64,000 nt of DNA, taken from contig JALMLS010000093.1 of assembly GCA_038496445.1 (NCBI GenBank), positions 744,001-808,000 of the forward strand, read 5' to 3'. Shown here one piece after another: positions 12,961 to 25,323 of this stretch (position 1 is its first letter; each line of letters opens with the position of its first letter). Both the position numbers and the translations under genes were made by a program. The notes under the pieces were generated by a model. The model was not told the DNA's origin and ran no database searches. It was given only the letters and a program-made list of their open reading frames with translations. This DNA comes from Trichosphaerium sp. ATCC 40318. Taxonomy: Eukaryota > Protista > Tubulinea.

Positions 12961-13505
12961 TCAAGAAGCAACGGTAAAAACCGTGTTGAACTGGCGAAAA
13001 AATGTCAACCAAGCATTGTACGGTGTATAACCGTTGTGATTTGTATATTTAACGACCAAAAAATTGGGCGCGGCGGTGTTACAGACGTTAAACCACTCTG
13101 CACCTTGTATTTTTCTTGTGTAGCAGTTTTGCAGATAAATTGGAACAGTCTACGCAATGTGACTGGTTTAAAGTTGTATTCGCTTACCAACATGTTTAAA
13201 AGCACCGCGTGACTATGTACTGCGATTTTCAGTTCGCAAAAGTTCGGTATGTTTTGTTAGCGGTCGTAATTATGCCCAACGAACTAGTTCAGTTGTGTCA
13301 GTAAGTGTGGTTTTAATAAAAGCCGTCTTTAGAATAATAATTGACTACAGAAAATAAGTTAGTTTCGAAAATTGTTCAACCTTTTACGAGGAAGATCGTC
13401 ACGTGCTATAAACACGATTGATATACGCGTAGGTGTTAAGAGGTGTAATGTCGAAGCGTGCTTCGCTTGATGGTGACTTATTGTGATCAGTTTCACCTTC
13501 CGTTT

Positions 13506-14638
13506 ATGACAACAAGAGCGCGTCTACAGAATAAAGTCCTTGTATTGACAGGTGGTGCTTCTGGTATTGGTAGAGAAGTAGCCATTGCTAGTGCCAAAGA
13601 AGGGGCTAAGGTCGTTGTTGGCGACATAGACGCCACTGGAGGTTTAGAAACTGTTAAAAAAATAACGGATAATGGTAAGCTATTCTATTAGTGCTGGTGC
13701 TTACTATTACAAGGTGGTGAAGCGTATTTCTGTAAAGTGAATGTTGCGAATGACGCAGAAGTGAAAGGGATGGTTGAAGGGGCCGTAAAGCGGTATGGTC
13801 GCATTGACCTCGCGTTTAACAACGCAGGTGTTGGTGGAGGAATGTACAAGTCAGCTGATTACCCAAATGAGCTGTACGACAAAGTGGTACGTTCGTAATG
13901 CGTATTACCACTTTAAACACTCTTTTCTGTGGGAAACAATGTTGTACCAAAAATTTTCGTTAATTATTTTCTGAGCGCTGTTGTACACCCCTCACGCTAA
14001 GTTAGATGGCAGTTAACGTTCGTAGCGTATTTTTATGCATGAAATATGAGTTAGGCCAAATGAAGAAACAAGGAGGTTCAGGGTATTCTATTGTCAATAC
14101 AGCATCTCTAGCTGGTATCGTAGGGTTTCGGTACGTGTCATAAAAATTACTAGTTAGTCGTAGTAGGTTGTGGCGTCTGAAAAACTTCATCTTTTTCCAC
14201 TGCACTTTTTTGTTTATATTGCTCACTTTCAATAGCCTCAATGCGGCATACGGTGCTTCAAAACACGCAGTTGTTGGTATAACTAAAGGTGCTGCATTGG
14301 AATACTCACGTTCAGGGATAAGGTAAATGGAGATAACGTTGTACTTCGCACTTACTTTGTTTAAGAGTAAATTGTGTCTGCCCTGGATTTATACGCACTC
14401 CCATGGCAGGTTCTTTAGGAGGAGATACTCCACTAGCTGATCACGTGCGTATTCATAACGAACCAAAGTCGTTTAGTAACAGCCTTGTTAGGAAAGGAAA
14501 TTGGCGAGCCGTGTGCCTATGCACAGGATGGGTGAAGTACAAGATGTTGCAAAAGCTGTATTGTTTTTACTTAGTGATGATGCGTCATTCACAACTGGTG
14601 CATCTGTTCCTGTATCTGGAGGACTTGCATGTTTGTAA
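13506..14638 (+). CDS. Classical short-chain dehydrogenase/reductase
   Basis: TGGASGIG, VVVGDID, FNNAGV, IVNTAS, YGASKHA, IRVNCVCPGFIRTPM, ASFTTG. Confidence 0.93.
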
Positions 14639-14798
14639 GGTTTTTACATTTTTAATAAAAAGCATTTGCTTTTGCGTGTCTGGTTGATGTATGACACTAT
14701 TATTTTTATTTGTCGATAGTTTTGTAGCTGTTGCAAAATTGTTGACACGTGATGAGTTAAGGCAGGTTACCAAAATTTATTTCATTTCAGAAAAAACG

Positions 14799-15968
14799 AT
14801 GAAACGAAAACGCTCAGACGGTCCAAAGAAACAATTTAATAACTCCAAAAAAGACGGAGGGCAGTTTAAACGCCGCAGAAAAAACAAAGAACCTCAAAAA
14901 AAGAAAGGAAAGGCTGCAGCGCCTACTAGCGCTGGTAGAAAACGAATTAGAGCGGATAAAAATGTATAACTACGCTTTTTGGTTATAATTGCTCATTTCG
15001 CGTAGAAAGAGGCTAAATCGAAACTATGGGGTCTAAAAGCAGTATCAAGAGCAAAAAAAAGTATTTGGGATCAAATTTCGTTTTTTGACAGAGAACAGAC
15101 GTCTACATACTTTTGGACATCTATGATGAAAGATGGAGCAAATACTTTGGACGTAGAGGACCTAAAAGATAAAATTACGCGTAAGCTGACAAAAAAAATG
15201 CGAAATTCAAGAAATTCGAAAACCCGAACTTTATTTAGCGTCTAAGCGGCCCTAATATAAAAAATATGTATAGTTACTCATGTAAATATATAGGAAAGCA
15301 TATGATACCATTAGGAGATCGTATAAAAGGACAAAAAGATGTAAAATTACAATTACTATCAAAGTGCTTATTCACACAATTCCCACACATTGTCAAAAAA
15401 CCAAAGTTTACGAAAAAGCCAACAATAGTTATTGTAACACGATCAGGTGAACGAGTACCAAAATTAGCAGCGTAAGTATTTTATTAGTACAAGGGAACAG
15501 AAACAAAACAACCGTTCTTTTTTGTGGTAAATTTTTGTTATCTTTCACTTGTCTGTCGGTTACCGGCACGTGATGATAGTTTATTTTTCTATTTTAAAGA
15601 TAATGAATAACCTATTAATTTTCTTCTTCTATAGAGCTCTTTGTGGCGATAAGGAAAAGAAGGTTAATGTATGCAAAGCGTTTGGTCCAAAAGCAAAATT
15701 TGAGAAACAAAAAAAATTCTTTAGAAAGTTTCCTTGTAGAATTATTGTTGGTACACCACATCGACTATTAGAGTTACTTGAAGAAGGTACTCTAGACCTT
15801 AAAATATGTCAAGGGTTAGTTGTCGATATGATGTTGAATCCTATTGATTGTATGACTGTATTGGATGATGCTAGGACAAAACCTCTATTTTGGTCAATGT
15901 ATGAAAAGTTTTTTCATAAACATGTAATTGGTGAGCAAGTGAAGTTACTCTTATGGGGTGGTAAATAA
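14799..15968 (+). CDS. CMS1: Cms1/CMSS1-like 90S pre-ribosome factor
   Basis: Lys-rich N-terminus, PTIVIVTRSGER, VCKAFG..KFEKQ, IIVGTPHRLLELL, LVVDM: the truncated helicase-like pattern of Cms1. Confidence 0.72.
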
Positions 15969-16873
15969 TAAAAAATTACACCCAGCAATGTCTACATAGG
16001 TAATCGAGCCTAACATGAGTTCTCCAAACTTTGCTGCATCGGACAGTACTCGCTGCTTGTTGACTACATTGATCAAACAGTGTAATTTTAGTTTGTCGGG
16101 ATTGTGTACTTGTTCTATTTTGTTGTCGGTATAGTGTTTGTTCTATTTTGTAACCAAACGTTTTATATTAATAACATATATTTAAACACATGTGTATATG
16201 ATTTTAAAGGATTTCAGATGACTGCAATAATCTGGTGAAGCCACAAAAAAAGGCACAAACTTCTGCTAAAATCACGTTCAGTCTTTTTTAAGCAATGGCT
16301 GAAAATTATTCTTAACAATCATGTGCAGGCACAATGATAATAGCATTCGTAGAGACACTTTAAAAAGATAGACTGAGCTATACTTGGCAATACAGTTGCT
16401 ATTGGAGATACATAGGTTTCCGGAAACTTCTGGAAATTGGGAATTACGGGAGTACAAAATAATTTTAGTGACCAGTGGAGCACTAAAATGGACTAGTAAA
16501 CAATCACGTGCACTTTAGGCTTTCAGTCGTGCGACAAGGTGTAAGAAACAACTCACCTCCTTACCACTCAAGGTATTAGCTTGTTAAAAATCAAGGAAAA
16601 TAAGACAAAGCCATTGTAAATTAATAAAGTAAATGTCTTATTTTTTTTTTGGAAGTTTCTGGAAATATTCTCACAGAATTTGTAGAACTAGCAGAATTTA
16701 CGGAAGCCTCCATGCATCTCCATTGTTTACCTGCCAAACGTTCCCAGTAATATGCTCAACACGCTGTTTTTATTTGTGACGCTGTATAGTGTGTTTTCCT
16801 GTAATTTTAACTACCTGGAAAGAAGTTAAGTGGTTTGTGTTAATCACTGCTTTCCTTTTTACATTCGTTGCAA

Positions 16874-18308
16874 ATGAGTCTCGAAGCCTTTGAAACTAGT
16901 GTCTTGCTCGAAGAACTACGGCGAAGGGGTGCTATTACGCAGTTTGAGGAAGAAGAGTTCCAAACTCGCTTGATCAGCACTAAAACGCGCTCAGGCGTTG
17001 AGTTTAGTTCTAAAGAACCAAAAAAAAGTATCAACGGAACGAATACAATAATAGATGGCGAAGACACTAAAAGACCTGTTGAAACGAAGTCAATAGCTCT
17101 AAAACGCCAACATTTTATTCTTTTGGGTACGTTCAAGTATGGATCCCAAGAAACAATGAAAGACTTGATCAGTATGCACAAAGGGTATGTCTTTAACTAC
17201 TAACCACTTTCTTTGTTACACCGTTCTTGGAATAACAGCATAACTTTGTTGTAGTCACGTCATGAAAAAAAAGTGGCCTCTTCCAAAGACAGTTGATGCT
17301 GTTATCATTGGTTCGAATCCATCTTCTGATCACGTGGATCATTTGAAAGAGGTAACTTAAGAACACAAAACACCTTTACTTTTTCACGTGATTTCATATT
17401 CAAACGTTACTGCCGCAGAGAAAGGATATCAGACAGTTTACAGAAAACGAATTCTTTGAGTACTTAAAAAATGAACTGAATAGACCTCGACGAGGTGGAG
17501 CGCCAAAGAGACCAATGTCTGCATACATGCTCTTCGTAAAAGATAACCGTGATCGTGTAAGAAAAGAAAACCCAAACTTACCTATTGTTGAACTTACAAG
17601 ACATCTGGCGGTGGAGTGGAGAGCTCTTGATGACAGTACGACATTCTACTTAATACGTTACTTATATTGCTCACGTGCTATCTAGGTACTAAAGCTGTGT
17701 ACACAGGAAGAGCTCAAAAAGCAAAAGTAGAATATGAAGAGGATTTAAAAGAATACAACGAAGCTAAAGCACTTGAAGAAAAAGAGGCTGAACAAGAGAA
17801 AGAAGAAGAAGACGTTGTAGAACAAGATGACTTTTGCACTTTCAGTTCTATTGTCAGCCCTGAAAAACCTTCATCTAATATCACTCCTGTTGATTCACAA
17901 TGTCCAATTAATCCTGCCGTAAGTTATCTCCAAATACAATTTGCCCTATCATCCATATCAACTTATTCTTTAGGTTGTTCATCAACAATACACGTGTGTA
18001 CTAAACCAAACAAATATTGCAATGAACAACAACAAATTCTTCGTTTTGCAAGTGGTTAAGAGTGATGAACAATATTACTTCTTTTCACGTTGGGGTAGAG
18101 GTACAACTTTTCTTGGATTGCGTTCATATATCTTATTGCTGTAGTTGGTGAACATGGTCACTACAAATGTATGGAATGCAAATCTTCTACTGAAGCCGTT
18201 TCTGAATTTGAGAAGAAGTTTCAAATGAAGACTAAAATTGCTTGGAAAGATAGGAATACCTCACCACCTGTACAGGGTAGATACACTTATATTTCAATGG
18301 ATTATTAG
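16874..18308 (+). CDS. BRCT - HMG-box - WGR domain protein
   Basis: BRCT-like FILLGTF...DLISMHKG...VIIG...FTENEF. HMG PKRPMSAYMLFVKDNRDRVRKENPN...EW. WGR LNQTNIAMNNNKFFVLQV...FSRWGRVG...FEKKFQMKT..W.DR...GRY. Stop at 18306-18308. Confidence 0.85.
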
Positions 18309-18400
18309 CTTGGGTGGCAGTAACGCTTGAGATATTCTAACACGTGCAAAGACACGAATACAAAAAAGTTATTATTAAAATAGTTTTATTCCTTTTTCAC

Positions 18401-18709
18401 TCAGTGTGCTTTGTCTAGTGCCAATACAAGCTTAATAATCTTTTTCTGGATATCACCATCTACACCCCATTTGTACCCGCCACTTTCAGTGTACCAAGGT
18501 ACTCTTGGGGAATCATTCAAGTCAAATACTCGGATAATCACTTCGCCGTCTTTTGTAACGTCGTGCATTGTATCTGGTGGCGCAACCTTTTTCATCATTA
18601 CACGCTTTGGTTTCATCTTTTTAGACAGTTTTAAGAGTGCTTTGAGGTCTTCAGAGTCTGAAGGTATTGGTCTCGGATTATTTTCATGTTTACATATAGC
18701 GTATGACAT
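18401..18709 (-). CDS. Small hypothetical protein (102 aa, single exon)
   Basis: ATG-initiated ORF with protein-like composition in an AT-rich background; no motif recognised. Confidence 0.5.
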   Translation of the reverse strand: MSYAICKHENNPRPIPSDSEDLKALLKLSKKMKPKRVMMKKVAPPDTMHDVTKDGEVIIRVFDLNDSPRVPWYTESGGYKWGVDGDIQKKIIKLVLALDKAH

Positions 18710-19161
18710 TATCTAAGCGTTTTAAGCGTTATTATTGCTATTTGTCTAATTCTATTTAAAACAACGTCTAAGTGGCGTACGTGCTGTAGTGTCGCGTTTG
18801 TAATAGTTTGATAGCAGTAAATGCGAGTTCTAAGTCATAGTCTTAATTAAGTTTAGAATCGAATCTTTTTTTATTTTGATTTTCTGTAGGCGCAGCAACC
18901 TTCTTTTGGGCATCCAGTGTAAAGCGACCATTAGGGAGTCTAACTGGATCATTTTTGTACACGTACAACGGTACTTTCTTTTTATGTCAATCGTTCCAAT
19001 CACGTGTTTTTTTTTTGTACAAAAAACAACGTGTTGATTGCTATTGTGACCTTTTCGTGAAACATTATTTTTTCTGGGCACAATTACAAAAAAAAAAATC
19101 AAATTTACTTGTTTAGACCTGGAGAAAACGAGGTACAACAATAAGTTACATTACAATAGTC

Positions 19162-21804
19162 ATGTGGTATCAGATACAGTTGCTACTGTGTTGCTGTGTA
19201 GGTAAGGCAAAGCAACTTTAGGCGATTATGGAACCAACTAACACTTTGCAGTAGTCTCACTTCAATTTGATACACCAGTATTTAATCGTTATCACGACTC
19301 TCACAGGTTGTTTACCAATGCCAGTGCTCTTACAGAATCACACATAGCTGTTGGGACGATTGAAGGCGAAACAATGTATGCCTACGCAACAGGAGGTGAT
19401 CTAAATATGATTTATAAAAAATAATTGTTTTTGTAGTGTTTTTCGCTTCTCCCCTTTTCCTTTCGCGTGGTGTCTACATCGCGGTTGCCACTCCAGCAGG
19501 TACAAATTTAATCTTACATCCAAGGTAAACAAAGACTAGAATTTCTTACAAGCACTGTCACGTGCTTTTGTGAACGTTTTACGTTTTTTTATGTTTGTCG
19601 TTCTTTACCAGCTATGTTTACGTTGGCAATGCGTATTTTTTTAACCGTATCAGTCGTATGTAGCCAATTGATAAAATGATAAAATTGTTAACCGTTTATT
19701 GCCAGTTATAGCAATACCAGAAAAGTGAAGTTTACTTTTTTTGTAGAGTTTTTAAAGAGTAATGTTACACTACTGTATATTGAAGATGCTTCAACCCCTT
19801 ACATACCACCATTCAAAGATTTCCTCACTGTATTCTATACCATCGGCAATTCACTGGAACTTGAATCTAGGGTATACACGATGAAGAATGGGAGTGTAAG
19901 TTAAGACTGAATACTTTTTATAATCGTATATTTACTCTAAAACCAGTTTGTCATTAGTTGTAACTAACATATTTCTGTTGTCATTAGTTTGAAGATCCAA
20001 TAGTTACATCATCATTTCATAGACAGCCTATAAGTATGAAGGGATTTCGGGGAATAGGTAACTTGAATAAAACAAACTTTCTTTGAGATCTGACATTTTT
20101 TTAGGTACCACTATTGAGCTGTGGGAATATGCAAAACCTGACGCCGCGCAAGATCAGCCCTCTAAATACTTTTATTCATTCATGGCTGGTGATACGTTGC
20201 CAATGCTTAATACAAGTAATAGATAAAAAATACCTTTTTGACTTGTTCATTTATTTGCTTACATAGTTATTCGGCCAACACATCACTTTACAATTAAACC
20301 AAATGTACCTCAATTCGAACGCCTTGGATCAAACTGTTTCTTGGCAGCAACGTTTAGAGATGTCAATGACAATATAACCTTCACTCTCGGTGATCCTGCA
20401 CCAGTAAGACACTTCATTCTGCTGATTACTTTTTGTTTTTTATTGTTTCTTTTAGATCACAGCACTTGATACAAGGACTATTGCCGTTGGTTCAGTAACT
20501 ATGAAGTTTATTGTTACGGCAATTAACACAGAAAGAAAAAAGTTACTTCTTGGCGTTGTAGATACTACTGAAACAATAACATTGTATCAGTTCGACTACA
20601 CAGATGTTTGCTCAACAATGGATATAAACAACTTGATTCAGTTTTCTGAACAGCCTTTACAACTCACAACAAGTGGTATCGTCCAGGTACTTGAAATACT
20701 ATCTGCTGGATCCGCTCATGAGAATGTTACATTCACAATAATAACGAATGATGGGAATGAAACAGTATTTAGAGGATATGTAAGTTACTTTTTCTTTTTG
20801 CGATTGTAAAAATACTATTCCGAAAAAACGTGCACCGAACAAGTACGTTTTAACTCAACATTTGTAGGGAGATGGTGCTATTGTTGGTCCGGAGGAAACG
20901 TATCTGCAAAATGAAGTACCACTATCACTTGAAGGAGTTTGGGATGAGCAAAATAAACGCACTATTGTGTGCTATCGTCATATTTATACACTATTAACCA
21001 GAGTTTTAGGTAGTGACTCAATCACTCTCCAAATCACTGATAATGTTCCTCGATCCCATTCCATTTCCACCACCCACAATAGCTCCCTCAACATCGCCTC
21101 CATCCACCAGCCCTTCGAATGTACCGTCTATCGCTCCAACAGAATCAAATCCTCCAGAAGTACCAACACAAACTATCAGTAATTGAAGATTTGTTTTATG
21201 AATAATATTCTAACGCTGTTTAATAGTATGTGATGGTGATAAGCCTCCGGGTGCTGAGTGTGATCAAAGCCAAGGTGTTTGGATTGTAAGTGATGATGTT
21301 GTGATTCAGCCATCAACGAATATTGTGATTGATACTTCAGTTGTGTTTCAAGGTACATTGAATTACTGCCTTGATTTTGTCTTTATCTGAAGTTTTCTAG
21401 GAAACGTAGACTTAGCACAAAACTCAACCATAAGCATTTCGTCAATGACAACACTGACATTTCAAAAGTGTCCAACGTTCAATGACACTCTCAATATCAT
21501 TCTGACAGAAGTATCTGAGTCTGTTCATACATTACTCACAATTCCTCCAAATTGTGATGTATCGATCATTGACGCAACAACAGTGACAAGTGATGTTGAA
21601 GATGAATGTAGTCAGTTCACTGTCATCGAAACACAAACAGAACTTTCTGTATTATGGTCAGTCAATGATGAATGTAATGATAGCGGTATAAGCATCGGTG
21701 CTATTGTGGGTGTTGCTATCGCAGTTGTTTTGGTTGTAGTGATTATAACTGCAAGTTTGATCTACTATTTTACTTTTCATGGGAAGAGAACCTTTGTCAT
21801 TTAA
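19162..21804 (+). CDS. Type-I membrane protein, array member A (non-LamG head + shared Cys/TM cassette)
   Basis: Signal peptide MWYQIQLLLCCCV, multi-exon beta-rich ectodomain, Pro/Ser stalk, CDGDKPPGAEC...TFQKCPTFN...TM...FTFHGKRTFVI. Confidence 0.8.
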
Positions 21805-22003
21805 TTATCCAAAACGAAACAATAAAATCATATAGTTTTGTTACAAAAGAGAAGAACTTGAGTTCAGTTTTCTTCGGTAGCATTGAGTCTTGTCTACTTT
21901 TTACTGCTTTTTGGATTGGTTTGGACTTGTAAGGTTGTGAGTATGGCATCCTGTGGAGCATAAAACTTGGCTTGAAATGAAGTCAGTAAATTGTACTGAT
22001 GTA

Positions 22004-22093
22004 CATTTTCGTAGCAAACGAAAGTTCAACTATTGGTAATAGTTGTAGCATTTTCGTAGTAAAGGAAAGTTCAACTGTTGGCAATAGTTGTTG
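22004..22093. repeat. Two-copy 45-bp tandem duplication
   Basis: cattttcgtag(c/t)aaa(c/g)gaaagttcaact(a/g)ttgg(t/c)aatagttgt, starting at 22004 and 22049. Confidence 0.85.
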
Positions 22094-22159
22094 TGAATCT
22101 TTTTAGACTTGTTGCCATGAATTTACAATCCTACAACGTTTACAGCTACTCTCGACAGC

Positions 22160-22470
22160 GCAACTATGTCAAAGGAAAAAAACACGGAGAGTATAAATTA
22201 TGGATTTAGAGATTCTGATGTACTTCATGCATGGTAACAAATGCGGAGAGTGCAACGGATTTCAGAAGAATGGGCGCAGTAATAGCTCATCTCAAATACC
22301 AAAATGGTAAAGTACATGGAGAGTGTTAGCTGTGGTACAACAGCGGCCCGTTGGAAAAATGCTTAAATGTTGTCAAAGGCAAACTACATGGAGAGCAGAA
22401 GGGGTGGTACAAAAAAGCACGCTAGAATTTCATACAAACTGGTGTCATGGTAAATGCCAACGGCAACAGT
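22160..22470 (+). pseudogene. Decayed MORN-variant (YwqK-like) repeat gene
   Basis: Fragments NYVKGKKHGEYKLW and YQNGKVHGEC*LWYNSGPLEKCLNVVKGKLHGEQKGWY with stops and frameshifts. Confidence 0.75.
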
Positions 22471-22953
22471 TAAATTGACATCATATTTTCTGATACAAAC
22501 ACCCAAAATGTAGAAGTAACTAGTTGGGCTAGTAAAGAAGTTACTTGTGCTTATAAAGGGTTGTAGAACTACCTATAACAACACATCTACCACTGCTATT
22601 CTGAGAAGTTACTACACCACTATATTTTGGATATTACTTCGAATTAATAGATAAGTAACCTATGTAAACAACAATCTCTCCAATGTCAGAAGTGTCATTC
22701 CTATTTTTTTCGTTAAAAAAACTACCCAACTAGAGTGACTATGAAAAGAGAATTGCACCTGATCTTTTGTGATGCAGTACACACTCTAGCTATATAAAGT
22801 GAAATTAAGAGACAACTTAGTGTGTTGGCTTTAAGGCATGTCAAACCGACAAAGAACATTAAGAAACAAGCGCGACCATCACGTAAGGTACTCTGGGGTC
22901 TGTGATGATACTGCGTAAAATAAATACGTTATCTAATACGTATATACGACCTT

Positions 22954-24597
22954 ATGGTACCTCTTTACGCATTTATAAACCATCTAAGACGATTAGCGAC
23001 TTGTTTTGCGTTGTCAACAAAAAGTTTAGCTGTATGGCGTATACTCCTTGGTATAGTACTCGTATATGATTTAGTAGACCGATCAAAGCACTTTACGCTA
23101 TTTTATACAAAGTTTGGAGCATTACCAGCAACCGACTTGTTAAGCTCAGACTTTGACTTATTCAGCGGAAACTATTTTAGCGTTTACATGATTAACGAGT
23201 ACCATATATTCCGAATCTTTCTCTTTCTTGTATCTATAGTAGCAGCAATATCTTTATCAATTGGCTACTGTACACGTGTAGCTATAATCACGTGTTGGGT
23301 GCTCAATGTAAGTCTTCAAGAAGTTCAACCGCTGACCTATATGGGAGGTGATTGCTATCTAAGGGTTATGATGTTTTGGTCAATGTTCCTCCCTTTGAAC
23401 ACTTTTTGGTCGATTGACGCCTTTCAAAAATCACGTGCGAATAAAAATTCGTCGTTGAGCGAACAAGTAGATTCAAGTAAGGACCCAAGATTGACTCTAA
23501 GCGTTGCATCAGCGGCGTTATTGATACAACTTTCACTCGTTTATATTACAGCTTGGAGGAATAAAACAGGACCAGGTTGGATTAAAGAGTACTCTGCAAC
23601 AAGCCAGACTCTCGCTGTAGAGACATATGGAACACCACTTGGACGTATCCTTTTACGCATGCTACCTTTCTGGTTCTTTCAGACGCTCACTTGGATTGCA
23701 TTGAAACTTGAAATCATAGCACCTACACTTCTTTATTTCCCATATAAAAACATGCGAACACTTGGATGCTTTTTAATATTTTGCTTACATGCTGGGTTCC
23801 TTCCAATGCTAAGATTAGATATGTTCATATTCGTGGGATGTGTAGCACCTGTATCTGTACTAGGAGATCATATCTGGGAGTGGGTGAAGCTTCCTTCTTC
23901 GTATGCTAAAAAATTGAAAGAGTTTGCAAAATACCTTGCTAGGGTATTACCTAATAAGGCCTCACCTGTCTTGAAATCAAGCGATCGTACACATGGATCA
24001 GAAGATAGCAATGCCATCGGACTATCTACTACAACGAACATTGTTCTTCTTGTTTTGATTATCAGCGTTATTTTTTGGAACCAAGGTATTGTTGATCGCA
24101 GATACAGCCCTCCTACACCTTTTCGTCAACTAGTCTTAATAGCAAGGCTTGAGCAGCAATGGCGTATGTTTTCTCCAGATTCTCCTACATCATTCAAGTG
24201 GTACTGGGTGGAAGGGACAACTGCATCAAACCAAAAAGTAGAAATCTGGAGAGCAATAGCTTTTAATGACTTTAGTGATGACAGAATTCTTAATTTAGGA
24301 GATGGCTCTGTAGTTAAAGATCACACTGTAGAAGAGATAAGTAAATACAGACCAGATGTATACACTGTTACTCGATATCATCGATGGGTAAAGTTCTTAG
24401 AGGGCGGATACGGCAGATTTGACAAAACAAGGCACAGAACAAATGAATATGCAGTTAAGAGATACAATGCCTTAAGACCAAAAGATGATTCTATTGTTTC
24501 TATTAGTTCTTGGTCTGTAACAGAATATGTTCGTAAAGATGGATCACCTGCACAAATAGGAAAACCAGTATTTCTTGATACAATATCATTGCGTTAA
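22954..24597 (+). CDS. HTTM-domain (vitamin K carboxylase/SdpB-like) polytopic membrane protein, intronless
   Basis: SLAVWRILLG..LVYDL..R, GGDCYLRVMMFWSMFLP..FWSID, VY..A..NKTGPGW, TPLG, LH.GF...LRL..F and RLEQQWRMFSP fit the prokaryotic HTTM family pattern. Confidence 0.82.
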   Translation: MVPLYAFINHLRRLATCFALSTKSLAVWRILLGIVLVYDLVDRSKHFTLFYTKFGALPATDLLSSDFDLFSGNYFSVYMINEYHIFRIFLFLVSIVAAISLSIGYCTRVAIITCWVLNVSLQEVQPLTYMGGDCYLRVMMFWSMFLPLNTFWSIDAFQKSRANKNSSLSEQVDSSKDPRLTLSVASAALLIQLSLVYITAWRNKTGPGWIKEYSATSQTLAVETYGTPLGRILLRMLPFWFFQTLTWIALKLEIIAPTLLYFPYKNMRTLGCFLIFCLHAGFLPMLRLDMFIFVGCVAPVSVLGDHIWEWVKLPSSYAKKLKEFAKYLARVLPNKASPVLKSSDRTHGSEDSNAIGLSTTTNIVLLVLIISVIFWNQGIVDRRYSPPTPFRQLVLIARLEQQWRMFSPDSPTSFKWYWVEGTTASNQKVEIWRAIAFNDFSDDRILNLGDGSVVKDHTVEEISKYRPDVYTVTRYHRWVKFLEGGYGRFDKTRHRTNEYAVKRYNALRPKDDSIVSISSWSVTEYVRKDGSPAQIGKPVFLDTISLR

Positions 24598-24654
24598 CGT
24601 TATAAAAAACCCTTTGTACAGATTACTTGCATTGTTTTCTACAGTTAAAAAGTT

Positions 24655-24754
24655 CTGCGCAAAGTGTTAGTTGGTTCCATAATCGCCTAAAGTTGCTTTG
24701 CCTTACCTACACAGCAACACAGCAACACAGAAGCAACTGTATTTGATGACACAT
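24655..24754 (-). pseudogene. Inverted copy of exon 1 and intron 1 of member A
   Basis: Reverse complement matches 19162-19250; the intron stretch gtaaggcaaagcaactttaggcgattatggaaccaactaacactttgc is identical. Confidence 0.88.
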
Positions 24755-24882
24755 GGGGTTATCGATATAAGTTTTATTTTGTTACTATCGCAATATAAAA
24801 ACTGATTTTTTTTGTGACTTGAGGAAAACTTGTAGTTGACCCTTTTAGAATACCAGTATTTAAATGATTCTTACACATACAA

Positions 24883-25323
24883 TTACATACTAAATGGTAT
24901 CTTCCTCACAGTCAAATCTAATGTGAAGGCACAAGCGCAAAACTTCAAAGTTTTTGGACAAGCAGCGTTTAACGAAGCTATAAATCTTGTCGCAGTGACA
25001 ACCACTACAACTAAAATGCACCCTGTAGCAATACCAGCAATCACACTATTACTCAGACCGCTATCATTGCATCCGTCATTGACTGCCCATACTGCAGAAA
25101 GTTCTGTTTGTTTGTTGATGACGGAGAACTGATTGCATTCATCTTCTACATCACTTGTCACTGTTGGTGCGTCAATGATCGATTCATCACAATTTGGAGG
25201 TATTGTAGGACTGTATGAAGCGTTTCAGATACCTCTGTGATGACAATACTCGGGTCTGGAGGTACGCACTGTACTGGTAACAACAACAAAGACAGTAAGT
25301 ACTATTGATATCACGTGCGTCAT
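24883..25323 (-). pseudogene. Internally deleted, inverted LamG-family member
   Basis: Signal peptide and QCVPPDPS join directly to IVITEVSETLHTV...TSDVEDECNQF...TM; two frameshifts. Confidence 0.88.

Noticed and set aside
17309-17321. GGTTCGAATCC, a tRNA T-loop/B-box match
   Set aside because: Lies in the BRCT exon (IIGSNPS) with no cloverleaf around it.
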